Below the pieces are notes generated by a model, which was not told where the DNA came from, searched no databases, and saw only the letters and a list, made by a program, of their open reading frames with translations. This document shows, one piece after another, positions 23,165 through 35,965 of a DNA stretch of 64,000 nt (within the stretch, counting starts at the first letter, position 1; each line of letters starts with the position of its first letter). This DNA comes from Rhizodiscina lignyota (Eukaryota), in the NCBI GenBank assembly GCA_010015805.1, contig ML978130.1:992001-1056000 (forward strand). Direction: 5' to 3'. The translations under genes were made by a program, and so were the position numbers.

Positions 23165-25262
23165 TCATGTCCTGATACACGCGGTAAGAATTTGTAAAGT
23201 GCGTAGATCCATGTCGACATTCGCTGCTGCTGCAGGTTTAGGAACCCAATTTCGAAAGGATGACTTCGTGCCAGGCACATCAGCCACATCTGCCCTGCCT
23301 ACTAACATGAGAGGTGTATTAGCCTCTTGTGGGCTGTTCGTTTCTCGAGACGGGGCCCGGGACGGAGTGTATCGCATGATCGCAGCCGCACTGCAGTTCC
23401 AGAACCGCACAATGATATCCCCCGCTCTCGCTGCTGGCGGAACCAGCATGATAAGACAGTCTGTGCCCAGCGATATCCTTGGAGCACAAAGGGCACTGCA
23501 CTGGTCGCCACCTGCATTCGTGCGCCCGAAAATCTTGCCATATTCGACGGCATTCTGGCTGCAAGGTCGTTCTTGTTGATCACTGTTCCATGCCACAACG
23601 TTGGGCGCACAAACGTCTTGAATTCTGGCCAAGTAAGACTCGCTGTAATCCATGATGTCTCTTGTGTATTGTTCGTTCGTCTTGCTCAATGTTTCCAAGT
23701 CCTCTGGTTCGTCGTACACGTGAGTCCAGCAAATGGGCCACTCTCGTTGCGCTTGAAATGTGGATATGAGAGTGTTGTAGTCAGGACCGAGTTGTAGAAT
23801 TCGTCCAGCCACATAGCCAATGACTTTGACTATAGGGTTTTTACCAGCCAGCTGTATATCACAAGCTTTAGCAGTTGCTGCTCTCTACGACGAGAATACT
23901 CACCTTAGAGCCTGAATCGTCAGTTACATCTTTTTCCAGTTCCTGGCGTAAAGCTTCTTGCACAACACCCGCTGTTCTCATGATAGTCACTCTTTCTGGT
24001 GCATGAGGAAGGCCTGAGGTAGCTAGATCCTTGCCTCTGCGGCTGTTTAGCCGTTTTTCTTGATCTCGGGTGCTGTTGTAGATGAATCTCACAACATCTG
24101 CCCAGATATCATATATTGACTGACTGTAGTCAACTTTGATGTTATGAAGGTCTACGGGAGACCTCTTGCTGTCTGTTGCTGAATCTGCGAAAGGGGCCAC
24201 ATCCTTAGCAAGGCCCAGAAGCGCATAAATCTTGTCTTTGACCCTGGTACAAGCATGCGTTGCAAAAAGCTCTATTAGGTTCTCGAGCTTCATATCGCTC
24301 GCATGTTTCCGCTTCCTCACATCAAGCAACCGCAACATCTTTGCCTGTTCGATCCTTTTTGAGTGTTGAGCGTTGTCGGATGATTGTTGGGGCACTTGGA
24401 GTCGGGCCTGCGCCATGCATTCCCACTGCTCGATATCTTCACCCGGCCAGATTTTTGATCCATATACGAAAACAAGTTTATACGCAAGGCATACCTCCTG
24501 CACGATCCACAGTCTGCCCCAATAAGTACTTTCCATAATGCGAGCAAACGTATGCAGGTCTGGCTCTTGTGAATAAATCATTCTCGCTGAATCAGCCAAG
24601 AAGTCCGGATATCGGTTCGTTTGTCCGGTCATCCAGTCCAGAGATAAAGCTCGAAAAGGTTCAAGCTGCGTGGTATATGCCTTAGTTCCGAGCCATGCAA
24701 CAACAGTTCGCGCTCTTGTGTAGATAAATGGCATAAGTGCAACCTGGGAATTGCGTTCCAGAGTATCTGACTGGGAGATACAGATCGCATCGATCCATAT
24801 GGACAAAGTATGGTCTGGTGAGCGAAGATGCAGCAGCGCCAAATACAGATTATGATGCACCGGAAATGGCTGCCCGTTCACAGTAATTGCTGTAGACCTA
24901 GACAGTGCTATCTGTGAATTTTTGACAGATGACAGCTTTGGATTCCTATGGGTGGGGACCGCATTCAGGGAGTAGTTGGAAGACATTGTTTTCGCATGTA
25001 ATTGTTGGCCACCCATGGAGCTGGTCTGCGAAATCTCGCCCTCTGGCGAAGTGGGAAGCGAGGCAATATCCGCATAAGGGCTTTCCCATGTGTAACTGAG
25101 CGCAACATATTTAGGCTTGTCACCGAACGTATAAGACACCGAAGTACAAGTGAGAGGATCGTCGAAGTTCCCAGGCTGCAGATTTAGAATACGAAGAGCA
25201 TCCACACCGGCGGGAAGAGGAGGGTAGATGACGCTCTTTTCTACAAGCGACTGGATGTTCAT
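23165..25262 (-). CDS. Heterokaryon incompatibility (HET domain, HET-6-like) protein
   Basis: YVALSYTW, NLYLALLHLR, IWIDAICISQ, ERNSQVALMPFIY, YWGRLWIVQEV, DKIYALLGL. Intron 23903..23852. Confidence 0.93.
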
Positions 25263-25381
25263 GCTTCTGCCGTTCACTATTGTTGGTTCGCATACCGGTG
25301 AGAGGAATCATTGAGAGTGATTGTTGCCAGGACGTTCTTGGAAAGGAGACGGGGAAGTCTTAGAGTAAGTACCTGCGACAC

Positions 25382-25439
25382 ACCATCCGCCCCTCAAAAA
25401 CCGGGGGGCTTCTCCCGGGGGTATGAGGGGAGGGGTGGT
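25382..25439. other. GC-rich imperfect stem-loop / G-quadruplex-like tract upstream of the HET gene
   Basis: accatccgcccctca (25382-25396) pairs imperfectly with tgaggggaggggtggt (25424-25439), with an inner ccggg/cccgg stem. The + strand has G6, G5, G4 and G4 runs. Confidence 0.55.
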
Positions 25440-25556
25440 CGGCCTACACCAACAACTCCCATCTCTCGTGCCAAGAAAAATATGTTGCGTACTTGACTAA
25501 ATTATAGTCTTTATAAATAACTTTAAAAAGTCTTTTAACTTTCGATTTTAGTTATA

Positions 25557-27542
25557 TTAATGCTTATTCACTATGTAGTTACCCAGCTCTCGCTCGACTT
25601 CTGTTGCGCTCTTAACTGTTCCGGAAGTCCACTGCCTAATTGCCTTGCCCTTCCAATACATCAGTGGCAAGAAAAGCAGAGCGAAACCAAGAACTCCAGC
25701 GTAGATGCTGAAGCTGCTGAGGAAGCCGCGTTGTTGGATCCACGTAATTGCGCGGAAGGACATCGCAAAACCGATGATGCATCGAAAGGAGGAGACATTG
25801 ACAAGAACGGGGCTGTAGTGAGTATGTCAGTTACCGATTTGTTGTGGAACATGTTTAGGGGGGATAGGCTTACCCAGCCCACTGAGGATAGCTTTCTACG
25901 ATGTATACGTTCATAACCGTGTTCGCCGTCATGGAACCCAGCACAATCAAGAACATGCCGACCAAGGATGGAATTCCTTTTTGCTTGGTGTGATCGCCAA
26001 AATTGCCGAATAGAATGCATCCGACTATAGTGCACAGCAGCGGGAAGACGATATTGGCGAGATGTGCCTCTGGCTCTCTGCGGCCGCCATTTTGACGAGC
26101 AATTGCATTGGATGCTTTATCGGCTAGGACGCCACCCAACACCCAAACGCAAGGGGCAGCAAGGACAAACGGGGCGACCGCGAAGCCGAGAGTCTTGAAA
26201 TTCCAGCTGTAAGACCAAAGAGGTAAGTAGCGTGCAGCAAATGGCTTCGAACAGGCAATTTGGAAGTGATCACATACCCTGAAGCAATGAGAACAGGTGA
26301 GAGGACCTGGCCTGCTGCCATATCAATAGAGAGAACAACGCCGTTGATGATGACGACCCACAAGACATTGGGATAGAACATCGTACGCAATGTATCGAGC
26401 ATTGATTTGGCAGCCGCGCGGTGCTCGAAGCCACTCTGGAACAAGCCAAGGTCTGTCCACAAGGTTCTCTCGCCGTATGACGTGTAATTGAGGCATGGGC
26501 GAGTCCGACCAGAACATAGCGGGGATACTGGTTGACCATCTGTGTGATATGTTAGTGTCTTGTCGGCATCACGGTGATGGTTGGTACCCTACTCAGTTCC
26601 TCTTTCGATCGCATCCAGCGAGTCTCGGGTACGAATGCGATAAGAGCGAACCAAGCCACAACGGCAATAGAGGCGGAGATATAGTAGAGATAGCGCCAGC
26701 CCAGGTTCGCAGCAATGACTGGAGTTGCACTCCCCAAGCCGATCATAATGAGACCTTGTGTTGCCCATATCGCACTCATAGCGTTGTTTCTCTGATGGAT
26801 GAAGACGAGATCCTGTACAATTAATGGGATCAAAGCTTCTACCGCACCAGCACCAATCGCCTGCACGCACCGTGCTACAATATGACTCTCCAGGCTTTTA
26901 CTACAGCCGGCCCAGAAACCGCCAGTCCATGCAAGGATGCCACAGAATAACAGCACGGGCCGTCGGCCAATTGATATCGATAGCGGGACGAGGAAGTAGC
27001 TACTAATTCCATTGGTGAGTAACGGTAGCGAGGCAAGCAACGAGACCTTCCAGAGTGGCGGTCCTCCTAGGTCGTCAAGGAAGGAGAGTGGGTCCAAGTT
27101 TACGACACCAGGGGGATTAAGGGTTGAGATGTCAAGGTCATTGAGAATTTTTGGATCAATGCCGGAATATTCGAGTGCAAATACAGGAATGAGACCGCCG
27201 ATGAGTACTTCCGCGGATAGGGCAAGAGCGCCAACTACGCACAGCAACTATTAGGTGTTGACATCAAACGTGGTTATTCTAAACTCACAGAAGCATATAG
27301 CAATGAGTGCAGCTCTCTTCCTCCAAGTCTTCAAATTCAATGGATCTAAGTTCTCCGTGTCAGTGAATCAGTATAAGAATTAGTACATATATTTACATAC
27401 CCTTGGGATCGGGAGTAGGCATCGGAATATATCTAATCTGGCCATTTTCGTACAGTGTACTCGTGCCCATCACCTCCGAATAGGCTGCCGTGCTGGGAAT
27501 CCGCAGCTCATTGCTGGTATCGTGCGGTGTCCTTTTCTCCAT
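25557..27542 (-). CDS. MFS transporter, HOL1-like (about 6 exons)
   Basis: IPMPTPDPK-DPLN start, SIGRRPVLL, ARCVQAIGAG, LGWRYLY, FVPETRW, REPEAHL, YIVESYP. Multiple TM segments and GT-AG introns. Confidence 0.88.
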
Positions 27543-28789
27543 CCTGGTTAATTGCTTAGGCTGCTCGAGCATACAAATCGGAGTTGGAGTATATTTCACG
27601 GAGCAGATCGCGAATGGAAGTGTCTAACTAGGAAAAGGAAAGGAAAGACAATGGGAAAGACAGATATTACTCGCATCAGCTGGTATTCAATGGAGAACAT
27701 ATCGTTCAGACAAAATACTTGGATATGAATTCCGAACACTTCTGTTGGGCAGAGGTTGATGTGAAAGTTTGGTTCGCAGTGCGGCTCAATAGATGTCAAC
27801 AAGTGGGGTTTGAATGTTGAGGAACGTTTTCTAGAAACCAACGAATGTGAGAGCTAAATATCATCGAAATGTTGATAAGACTGTAATGATCTTTGTCGTT
27901 CCAATGCATCAGTTCATGGCATCGCTCAGGTTAGTACTAATGGAAAGATAGTGTCGCAGCATGACATCGTATAGTGCGAGGCGTCGATGTGTCTACAGTG
28001 GATGTGGTGAGTGAGAAGGACCGGAACACGCACGTGCACAAAGTTGGATTTCTCGACTGGTGAATTCTGGAGTGGCATTAATCACTGGGTCGACAAGCTG
28101 CTGGTTGAGCCAGCGCGAATCGTTGTGGAGGTATTCTGTTGCCAAAGTCGGATTAAGGGTCGCAGGATTGGCTTTCTCCATTTGGATGCACCCGTTGGAA
28201 CTGGCACAAAAAATTTAATAGTAGCGGAACTGATGCCCTCTGGATAGGATAAACAGCACTATTGATCAATGCAGATGGTGTAGTAGGAAATGGAAAGACG
28301 TTTGTGCCATGAAAGGACTCGAAGACATCTGAGGGTCCATAATGATTGAGGCTGCTGAAAAGGAGGCTATCCACGGCAAACGGTGAGCGCGCTATGCCAA
28401 CTTTGCACTAGCGCCCCGCCAGGATATGGCGGTCCTTTCGACTGATGGCTTTAAGGATATCGGACTTCCGTTACATAGTGTCTCTGTCTTCCGCAACTCG
28501 TTCCGCAGGGGATAGTTAAGGAGACTCGGACGATAAGAGTATAATTCAAGACCCTTTATAAAGTCCAACTGAGAATTTCTGCCATAAATGGAGCAGGTTG
28601 TTGGATTCACAGGATAAATTGAGACACGAGTGGAACCAAGATGCATCTCAATGGTTGGGAAAGGTGTTGATATTGCCAGCTTCGTTCTATTTTTTTCCTT
28701 CCATTCGTTGCCAAAAAGTCATGACCTGCGTTGCACGTTTGTATGAGCTTCAAGTGGGCGTATCATATCTCCGTCTGAGGTGTAAAGCT

Positions 28790-29540
28790 CTACGGCTTCT
28801 CGTAAATCCAGTCGAACTGAGCAGGCTTCCAGCTCACGACCTCCTCCTTCTTGAACCAGAGGTTAATCTCCTTCTTGGCACTCTCGACGCTGTCAGAGCC
28901 GTGACAGACGTTGCGGCCGACATCCTAATTGAACAAATCAGTCAGTACTGTGCCAGAGATTGGGCAGAGGGAGTACGGACGATAGCGAAGTCACCGCGAA
29001 TGGTGCCAGGAGCAGACGCAAGGGGATTGGTGGCGCCGAGGATGACACGACCAGTCTTGACGACATCACGGCCCTCCCAGACCATCGCGCAGACGGGACC
29101 AGAAGCCATATCTAAAATTTCTCAGCTTTGTCCTCCATCGAAAATGTCTCTTTAGCAGAACTTGTTCGGGGGGCCGTACAGGTGACGAGACCCTTGAAGA
29201 AGGGCTTCTCGGAGAGGTCAGCGTAGTGGGTCTCGAGATGCTCCTTTGACGCGGTCATGAGCTTGATAGCTACGAGCTTGAAGCTGTTGAGCATTTGTTA
29301 GCGCGTGTCGACAATAGACATAATATGGAATGTGCAAGCTCACCCACGGTTCTCGAAGCGAGAGATGATAGGACCGATAAGGCCACGCTGTGAGAGACAT
29401 CAGAGAGTCGTTGAAGAGAGCTGTTTAGAAAATTTACCTGGACGCCATCTGGCTTCACAGCAATGAAGCTGAATTGGGCATCAGCATTGACCTCACCGCT
29501 CAAGTTCTAGAATAGCTTACGTCTGCTCGGAGGAACTCAT
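28790..29540 (-). CDS. ndk1: Nucleoside diphosphate kinase (about 6 exons)
   Basis: [75 protein letters not shown]. Confidence 0.96.
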
Positions 29541-29871
29541 TTTGGCAATTGGATATGTATGACTTTGTAGTCGAAGTTGTGAAGCTTGTGGTAAAGTATC
29601 AGCTTCTGGCACGATAAACAAGCAACGTTATTGGGATTCTCACCAGCTCAAGGACTTTTTTCGATGCTTCAAACGAGACGAGACCCTGCAGCAAGGGTTT
29701 GGATGGTGGGGCTCGGTGATGCGGGATTTCCGTTTCTCCGCAAAGCTGAGACGCTGGAGCTCCTGAAAGCTGTCGCTATCGAAGGAGTCGAGCTGGCATG
29801 TCCAATTGCTGCCGCCTTTCTCTTCCTTTCCTTTCGTGCTTGAGAGTAGGCACTTGTATGGATTTTGGAAC

Positions 29872-32800
29872 ATGATGCACAGGACTGGTCTGTCCCAACG
29901 ATGGGCAGCTGTCTTCCTCTTTCTCTCGCTGCTATGTAGCTTGTTTACACCAGCTTGTAAGCGCACATCTATACCTGGCCTATACCGATTTTTTCAAGCA
30001 CCATTCAATCAAAGTAATAGATGTCGAGCTGACAATTTCCAGTAATGGTGAAGCATGAAAACTTCAAGACTTGCGACCAATCTGGGTTTTGCAAGCGCAA
30101 TCGAGCATATGCCGATTCTGCCTCTGCCGCATCCTCTTCCTGGAGATCCCCTTACGACCTTGATTCGAGCTCCATCATTTTCAAAGATGGCAAACTCTCT
30201 GGCACAATAATCAAGACTGTCTCAACAACTGGCGAGAAGGTCCGGCTCCCGCTCACGGTGAACTTTTTAGAATCTGGAACTGCAAGAGTTGTGGTGGATG
30301 AAGAGAAGAGACAGAAAGGAGACATAGTCCTGAGACACGAGAGCAAAGCAAAGAAAGAGAGATACAATGAAGCGGAGAAGTGGGCGATTGTTGGTGGATT
30401 GGAGCTGAGCAAGGGAGCTGCTGTCGTGAGCTCCGAGGCCGGATATACCAACGTGAAGTACGGGCCACAAAGCAGCCATGAGGCCGTTGTTAGACATTCA
30501 CCTTTTGGCATCGAGTTCAAGCGAGATGGCGAGACGCAAGTTCAATTCAACGGCCGCGGCCTCTTGAACATGGAGCATTGGCGTGCAAAGGTCGAGAAGC
30601 CCGAGCCCAAAGAAGGGGAGGAACCACCTCCCGAGCCTGAAGGTGAAGACGAGAGTACCTGGTGGGATGAGAGCTTCGGTGGGAACACCGACAGCAAGCC
30701 AAGAGGCCCAGAGAGCATTGGATTGGACATCTCCTTCCCTGGATACGAACATGTTTATGGTATTCCTGAGCACGCAAGCTCCCTCTCGTTGAAAGAAACA
30801 AGAGGCGGAGATGGCAAATACAGCGATCCATATCGACTGTACAACGCGGACGTCTTCGAGTACGAACTTAATAGCCCCATGACCCTTTATGGTTCGATCC
30901 CGTTCATGCAGGCTCATCGCAAAGACTCGACTGTTGGAGTGCTGTGGCTCAATGCGGCAGAGACGTGGGTCGACATTGTTAAGAACAGGCACGCAGTAAA
31001 CCAGCTCTCTCTGGGGACTGTTGGTGCTGTTGACACGGAGACACATTGGTTCTCGGAAAGCGGCCTGCTGGATGTATTCGTCTTTCTGGGTCCGCATTCG
31101 CAGAATGTTGTAGAGAGCTACAGTGCTCTGACCGGCTTCACCGCTCTTCCTCAATCGTTCGCCATCGCTTATCATCAGTGTCGCTGGAACTATGTGACCG
31201 ACACCGATGTCATTGATGTCGACCGCCGAATGGATAAGCACAAGATCCCATACGATGTTATTTGGCTTGACATCGAGTACACCGATGGCAAGAAGTATTT
31301 CACATGGGATCCTCTCACCTTCACAGATCCTGAGCGTATGCATAAGACTCTCGACAAGCGCGAACGCAAACTCGTAGCCATTATCGACCCACATATTAAG
31401 AACACGCCTGACTATTCCATCGTGGATGAGATGAAATCCAAGGACCTGGCTGTGCACAACAAAGACGGCAACATCTATGAGGGATGGTGCTGGCCCGGCT
31501 CTTCGCATTGGGTTGACTGTTTCAGCCCTGCAGCAATCAAATGGTGGATCTCGCTCTTCAAATACTCCAAGTTCACTGGTACATTCAAGAATACCTTCAT
31601 CTGGAACGACATGAATGAGCCGTCTGTCTTCAATGGACCTGAGACCACGATGCCTAAGGACAATCTGCACTTTGGGAATTGGGAGCATCGTGATGTGCAT
31701 AACATCAATGGCTTAACATTCCACAATGCCACATACGAGGCTATGACACATCGAAATGATGACGACAAGAAAGAAGGCCCAAAACGTCCGTTCGTCCTAA
31801 CTCGATCATTCTACTCTGGCTCCCAGCGTCTAGGCGCAATGTGGACTGGCGACAATGAGGCTAAATGGGACCACCTCAAGGCGTCCATCCCCATGATCCT
31901 CAACCAAGGTATCAGCGGCTTTCCTTTCGCTGGTGCCGATGTTGGCGGTTTCTTTGGTAACCCTAGCAAAGAGTTGTTGACGCGTTGGTATCAAGCCGGC
32001 GCATTCTACCCTTTCTTCAGAGGGCATGCGCACATTGACACTCGACGCCGTGAGCCATATATGGCGGGCGAGCCTTATACTGGTATCATGACTCAAGCTC
32101 TTCGTCTCCGATACTCTCTTCTACCTGCATGGTACACTGCTTTCTACGAGGCCTCTACACGTGGATCACCAATCATCAGGCCAAATTTCTATGTTTACCC
32201 TGGTGATGAGAAGGGCTTTGCTATCGATGACCAGTTCTATCTCGCCAACACGGGACTACTCGCGAAACCCATCACTGAGGAAGGCAAGGAGTCAGTCGAC
32301 ATTTATATTGCGGATGGAGAATCCTACTTCGATTATTTTGACTACACTGTTCACGCCGGCAAGCCAGGCCGAACTGCCACCGTTTCTGCTCCTTTGGAAC
32401 GCATCCCTCTGCTCATGCAGGGAGGACACATCATTCCTCGCCGCGATCGTCCTCGCCGGAGCTCGGGTCTCATGCGATATGATCCTTTCACCCTTGTCGT
32501 TGTGCTTGGAAACGATGGCTCGGCGGACGGTGAGCTCTACCTTGATGACGGAGAGTCCTTCGATTACCAGGAAGGAGCGTATATTCACCGCCGCTTCGCT
32601 TTCTCTAATGGCATTCTCTCGTCAGAGGATATTGCCGTAGCGAAAGGCTCGAAGACGGAGAAGTATCACAAATCAATGAAGGACGTGAGAGTGGAGAAGA
32701 TCATTGTCGTAAATGCGCCGGAGGCATGGAAGAGCAAAAACGAAGCTTCTGTCAGTGAAGAGAAGGATGGGAAGAGCGGGAAGAAGGGCGACGCAACGGT

Positions 32801-32897
32801 CACTTTCGTTGGGAAGACTGGTGGGAAGGCGAACTGGGCGGTTGTGAGGGACCCTGGTGTTCGGATTGGAAACGGGTGGAAGATCGACTTCAATTGA
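29872..32897 (+). CDS. gls2: ER glucosidase II alpha subunit (GH31)
   Basis: Signal-peptide exon 29872-29956, intron 29957..30042. VKHENFKTCDQSGFCKR, IWLDIEY, catalytic WNDMNEPSVF, WTGDN. Confidence 0.96.
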
Positions 32898-33092
32898 ATT
32901 TGACGCAAGTTCTCGGCATACGAGCAACAGCGAGCGTTCTTTTCGGGATGTCGAGAGATGATGCTATGCCCGGTGCATTTCCGTGAGTTGCACAATGTAA
33001 AAAGTAGCTGGCGTTTCAGAGGCGATTTGCATGGTCTGCTAAACAATTGCAACTAGAATTGAACTCTCACATTCCTCAAGGACCTCTCGCGT

Positions 33093-33905
33093 TCACTGAG
33101 AATCACTATCAAAGTATTGCAGAAGTTCCTTCCAATCATCGAAACGATCCCACCACGGCCTACAACCGTGCCTGAAGTGATATATAACCCTTTCTACATT
33201 AACATCAGTTATTTGACTGATGCGCTGAACATATGCTGCGCGCTTCTTAAGCTTCTGTTTCCTTGGACCGTCCCGTTCTGTATCATCTTCCTCATCTTCC
33301 CAGTCTTCATTTCGGTTAACCGTCATAACCGCTGCGTTCTTCGGCTTGATATTAGGGTGGGTTTGAACAATATCCACAGGGCTACATCTCAACTTTACCG
33401 CCTTCGCACGTGCCTGCTCATGCTGCATTTGTTCTCGTACCCATTCATGTCCACGTTTCCACTCTCTCCATATATTCCACCTCCGTTCAGAGTCTTTGCA
33501 ATCCCACTGCCGTGCTTCTTCCTCGCTTGTACAAACCCACCCGAACCCTTTACTTCGCTCGAATCTTCTACAGCGAACCAGTCTATCAGCCTCCGAGATC
33601 GACAACTCTTGATGCTGATTACCTCCATGAAACTGAATGGTGGTGATTCTACTCTGTTGCGCAGTTTTCCAGCTCTCGTTGCGCAAGCCATCATATCGCT
33701 GCTGATGGCTATCGGGCGACGCCAATCGATCCAGATCCTCATGGCGTTTTATGCGACATATTGAACATACGGGTATGTATACGATGCGCTGCTCCGGTTC
33801 GGCGCAGTGGCGCCCAGAGGGGTGGAAGATGAGACATGGAACTGGCGTGGTACGTGGAGGTTCAGCATGCCTGCAGTATGCGGAGAAGTGAATTGTATGG
33901 CACAT
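33093..33905 (-). CDS. Hypothetical 270-aa protein with Cys/His-rich N-terminus
   Basis: ATG-initiated ORF (MCHTIHFSAYCRH...C..C..CSIC); no recognised family. Confidence 0.45.
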   Translation of the reverse strand: MCHTIHFSAYCRHAEPPRTTPVPCLIFHPSGRHCAEPEQRIVYIPVCSICRIKRHEDLDRLASPDSHQQRYDGLRNESWKTAQQSRITTIQFHGGNQHQELSISEADRLVRCRRFERSKGFGWVCTSEEEARQWDCKDSERRWNIWREWKRGHEWVREQMQHEQARAKAVKLRCSPVDIVQTHPNIKPKNAAVMTVNRNEDWEDEEDDTERDGPRKQKLKKRAAYVQRISQITDVNVERVIYHFRHGCRPWWDRFDDWKELLQYFDSDSQ

Positions 33906-34332
33906 ATCGTTATGATATTGGAGTCGAATAAGTTTACGAACATCATGGCACCAATTTGGAATTTATTTTATACTGGACCGACATACTCTATCATCAAAGA
34001 GTTTCCAGCGCTTAAGCTGCCATTTTCATTTGCTCTTTTAGATCGTTGCACAACCACATGCCAGCCCAATGACACGTTTGTGACACGTTTTTTCTGGCCT
34101 GATGACAGCTCTTCCCTAGTCCAAACAGTAGCACGAAGATTCTCCATTTCGACACTTTTGTGACAGGAGAGAGTGTCATGGTACTAGGCATGTGTAACTA
34201 GAACGCCCCCTGCAGACTATGCGCCAAACCCGATTCTGATGTGGACATCATATGGTGATGCCCAATGATACCATATACCTTCTAAGAAAGAGTGAGTAAA
34301 GCAATGATCGGAATAATAAAAGAATATGTTGT

Positions 34333-35965
34333 TCAAATCATCTTCCGTTCCTCAACTGTTATGAAGATCGATTTAGGTTTCCGAATCGCAGAAATTCCTC
34401 TCGGTTCAAGCACAGAGTCTGGATCAAGTGTGATCTACGCAGCTGTCAGATGTTCGCTCAGGGGCGCAACCGTAAAGAGTGGACATTACCTTAAAGTTCA
34501 TTAGCAAATGAGGGATGAACTTCTTCCACTCCATCTGTGCGATATGCATTCCAATGCAGATTCGTTTTCCAGTTGAGAAGCCCAAAAACGTCTTCTCCAT
34601 CTTCTTCCGTTGCTCATCAGTAGCTTCCAGCCATCGTTCTGGTCTGAAAGTTTCCACGTCTTTGCCGAAAACTTCCTTGTCCTGATGCATTGTCACCTGC
34701 TGACATCCGACGACAGTGCCTTCCGGTAGGAACGTGCCAGCAATCGTCGCACCTCCTTTTGGCACAATGCGATCGATTGAGAACTGGCCAATAGGATAAC
34801 ATCGCAGCGTTTCCTTGAGGACGGCATCCAAGTATGGCAGGACATTGACCTCGTTCCACAGGGGTGAGTCAGAGAGCTTACCCGCGGCCGCAGCAGCCTT
34901 GAGCTCTTCCATGACTTTGTCATACGTCGAAGGATTCTTCAACAGATAGTATATTGTAGCTGACAGAGTAACAGCGGTAGTATCTCCGCCTGCCGCAATC
35001 GTCGAGATCACTAGCGAGAGGACTGAGTCAGAAGATATAGTATCCGGATGCTTCTCTGCCGCATCCATGAATTTGGCAAGCAAGTCCTTTTGCGCCAGCG
35101 GTTGTGTGGCCGTCTTCCTCGCCCGGATTTTACTGGCTGCCATTTCAGCCAATGGAGAGCCTTTGCTAGCAGCCATCCTAACGAGCAGGTTTTTGTGAAT
35201 CAATTTTTCGAGCGCCGGCAGGGCAGCCCACTTTGCCCAATACTCGAAGCGAGAACTAATCGCTGCCATACTGTTACCAACATCTGTACCAGATGAAACA
35301 AACGCAGGCGTTTCGCTGAATGCTATGCGACTCATCGCATCCATTGTGTAGAAAAACAGCCAGGGTATCATGTCAAACCTTGCCCCTTGCTTCTTACGGA
35401 AGACGTCTAGCACTTCCTCACTCGATTCCTCCAGGTATTTTTCGTAGTCAAGGAGGGTGTAGGTCGCGAAGGCATTTCCGACGCCTTTTCTGAGCTTTGT
35501 GAAGTAGTCTTCGGAAACGGTGCTGACGATGCTTGGCATGACCTTGCCTTTGTTGATCGACATCAGAGGGTGATAAGAATCTGCCTAAGATATTTATTAG
35601 ACACAGGTATAGGAGAAAATCCGACGTCATCTATAGATAGAAATTATACTCACCTTGATCCAAACTGGTCTCGTGCCATATATGATTGGTATTGCTGCTG
35701 GATCTGCAACACTCACATATCTCGGACCGAGTCGTACAAGTTTACCATACTTCTGGTGAAGTGAATAAACGTACTCGGCATAAAAAGGCTGCCGCATCTT
35801 TGATGCTCTCCATGCATTGGTAAGGCTGGCGACAAAGGGTCCCTTGATGCCGGTAGAAAGGAGCCGGAAATGATTGTATACCAAGCGGCCGAGGAGAACG
35901 ACGAGAAAGCTGCCAATAATGACTATTGGAGGATACATGTTCAAGGAAACAAGATTTGGAGACAT
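34333..35965 (-). CDS. Cytochrome P450 monooxygenase (pisatin demethylase/benzoate hydroxylase-like clan)
   Basis: N-terminal TM, KYGKLVRLGP, AGGDTT, KETLR, FRPERW, heme motif FSTGKRICIG. Two GT-AG introns. Confidence 0.93.

Noticed and set aside
19538..25262. Amyloid signalling motif (HRAM/PP/sigma) shared by the NLR N-terminus and HET C-terminus
   Set aside because: No N/G/Q-rich pseudo-repeat is seen in either modelled protein, although an unmodelled NLR 5' exon cannot be excluded.
25485..25500. Fot1/pogo-like terminal inverted repeat (reverse complement agtcaagtac)
   Set aside because: Only ~10 nt of resemblance, with no partner terminus or transposase found.
27993..28374. Short minus-strand ORFs between the MFS and NDK genes
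   Set aside because: No recognisable family or consistent splice model.
30498..31700. 400-aa antisense ORF (and similar antisense ORFs at 3104-3721, 33117-33764 and 54866-55372)
   Set aside because: These are shadow ORFs opposite other genes, expected from codon bias, with no motifs.
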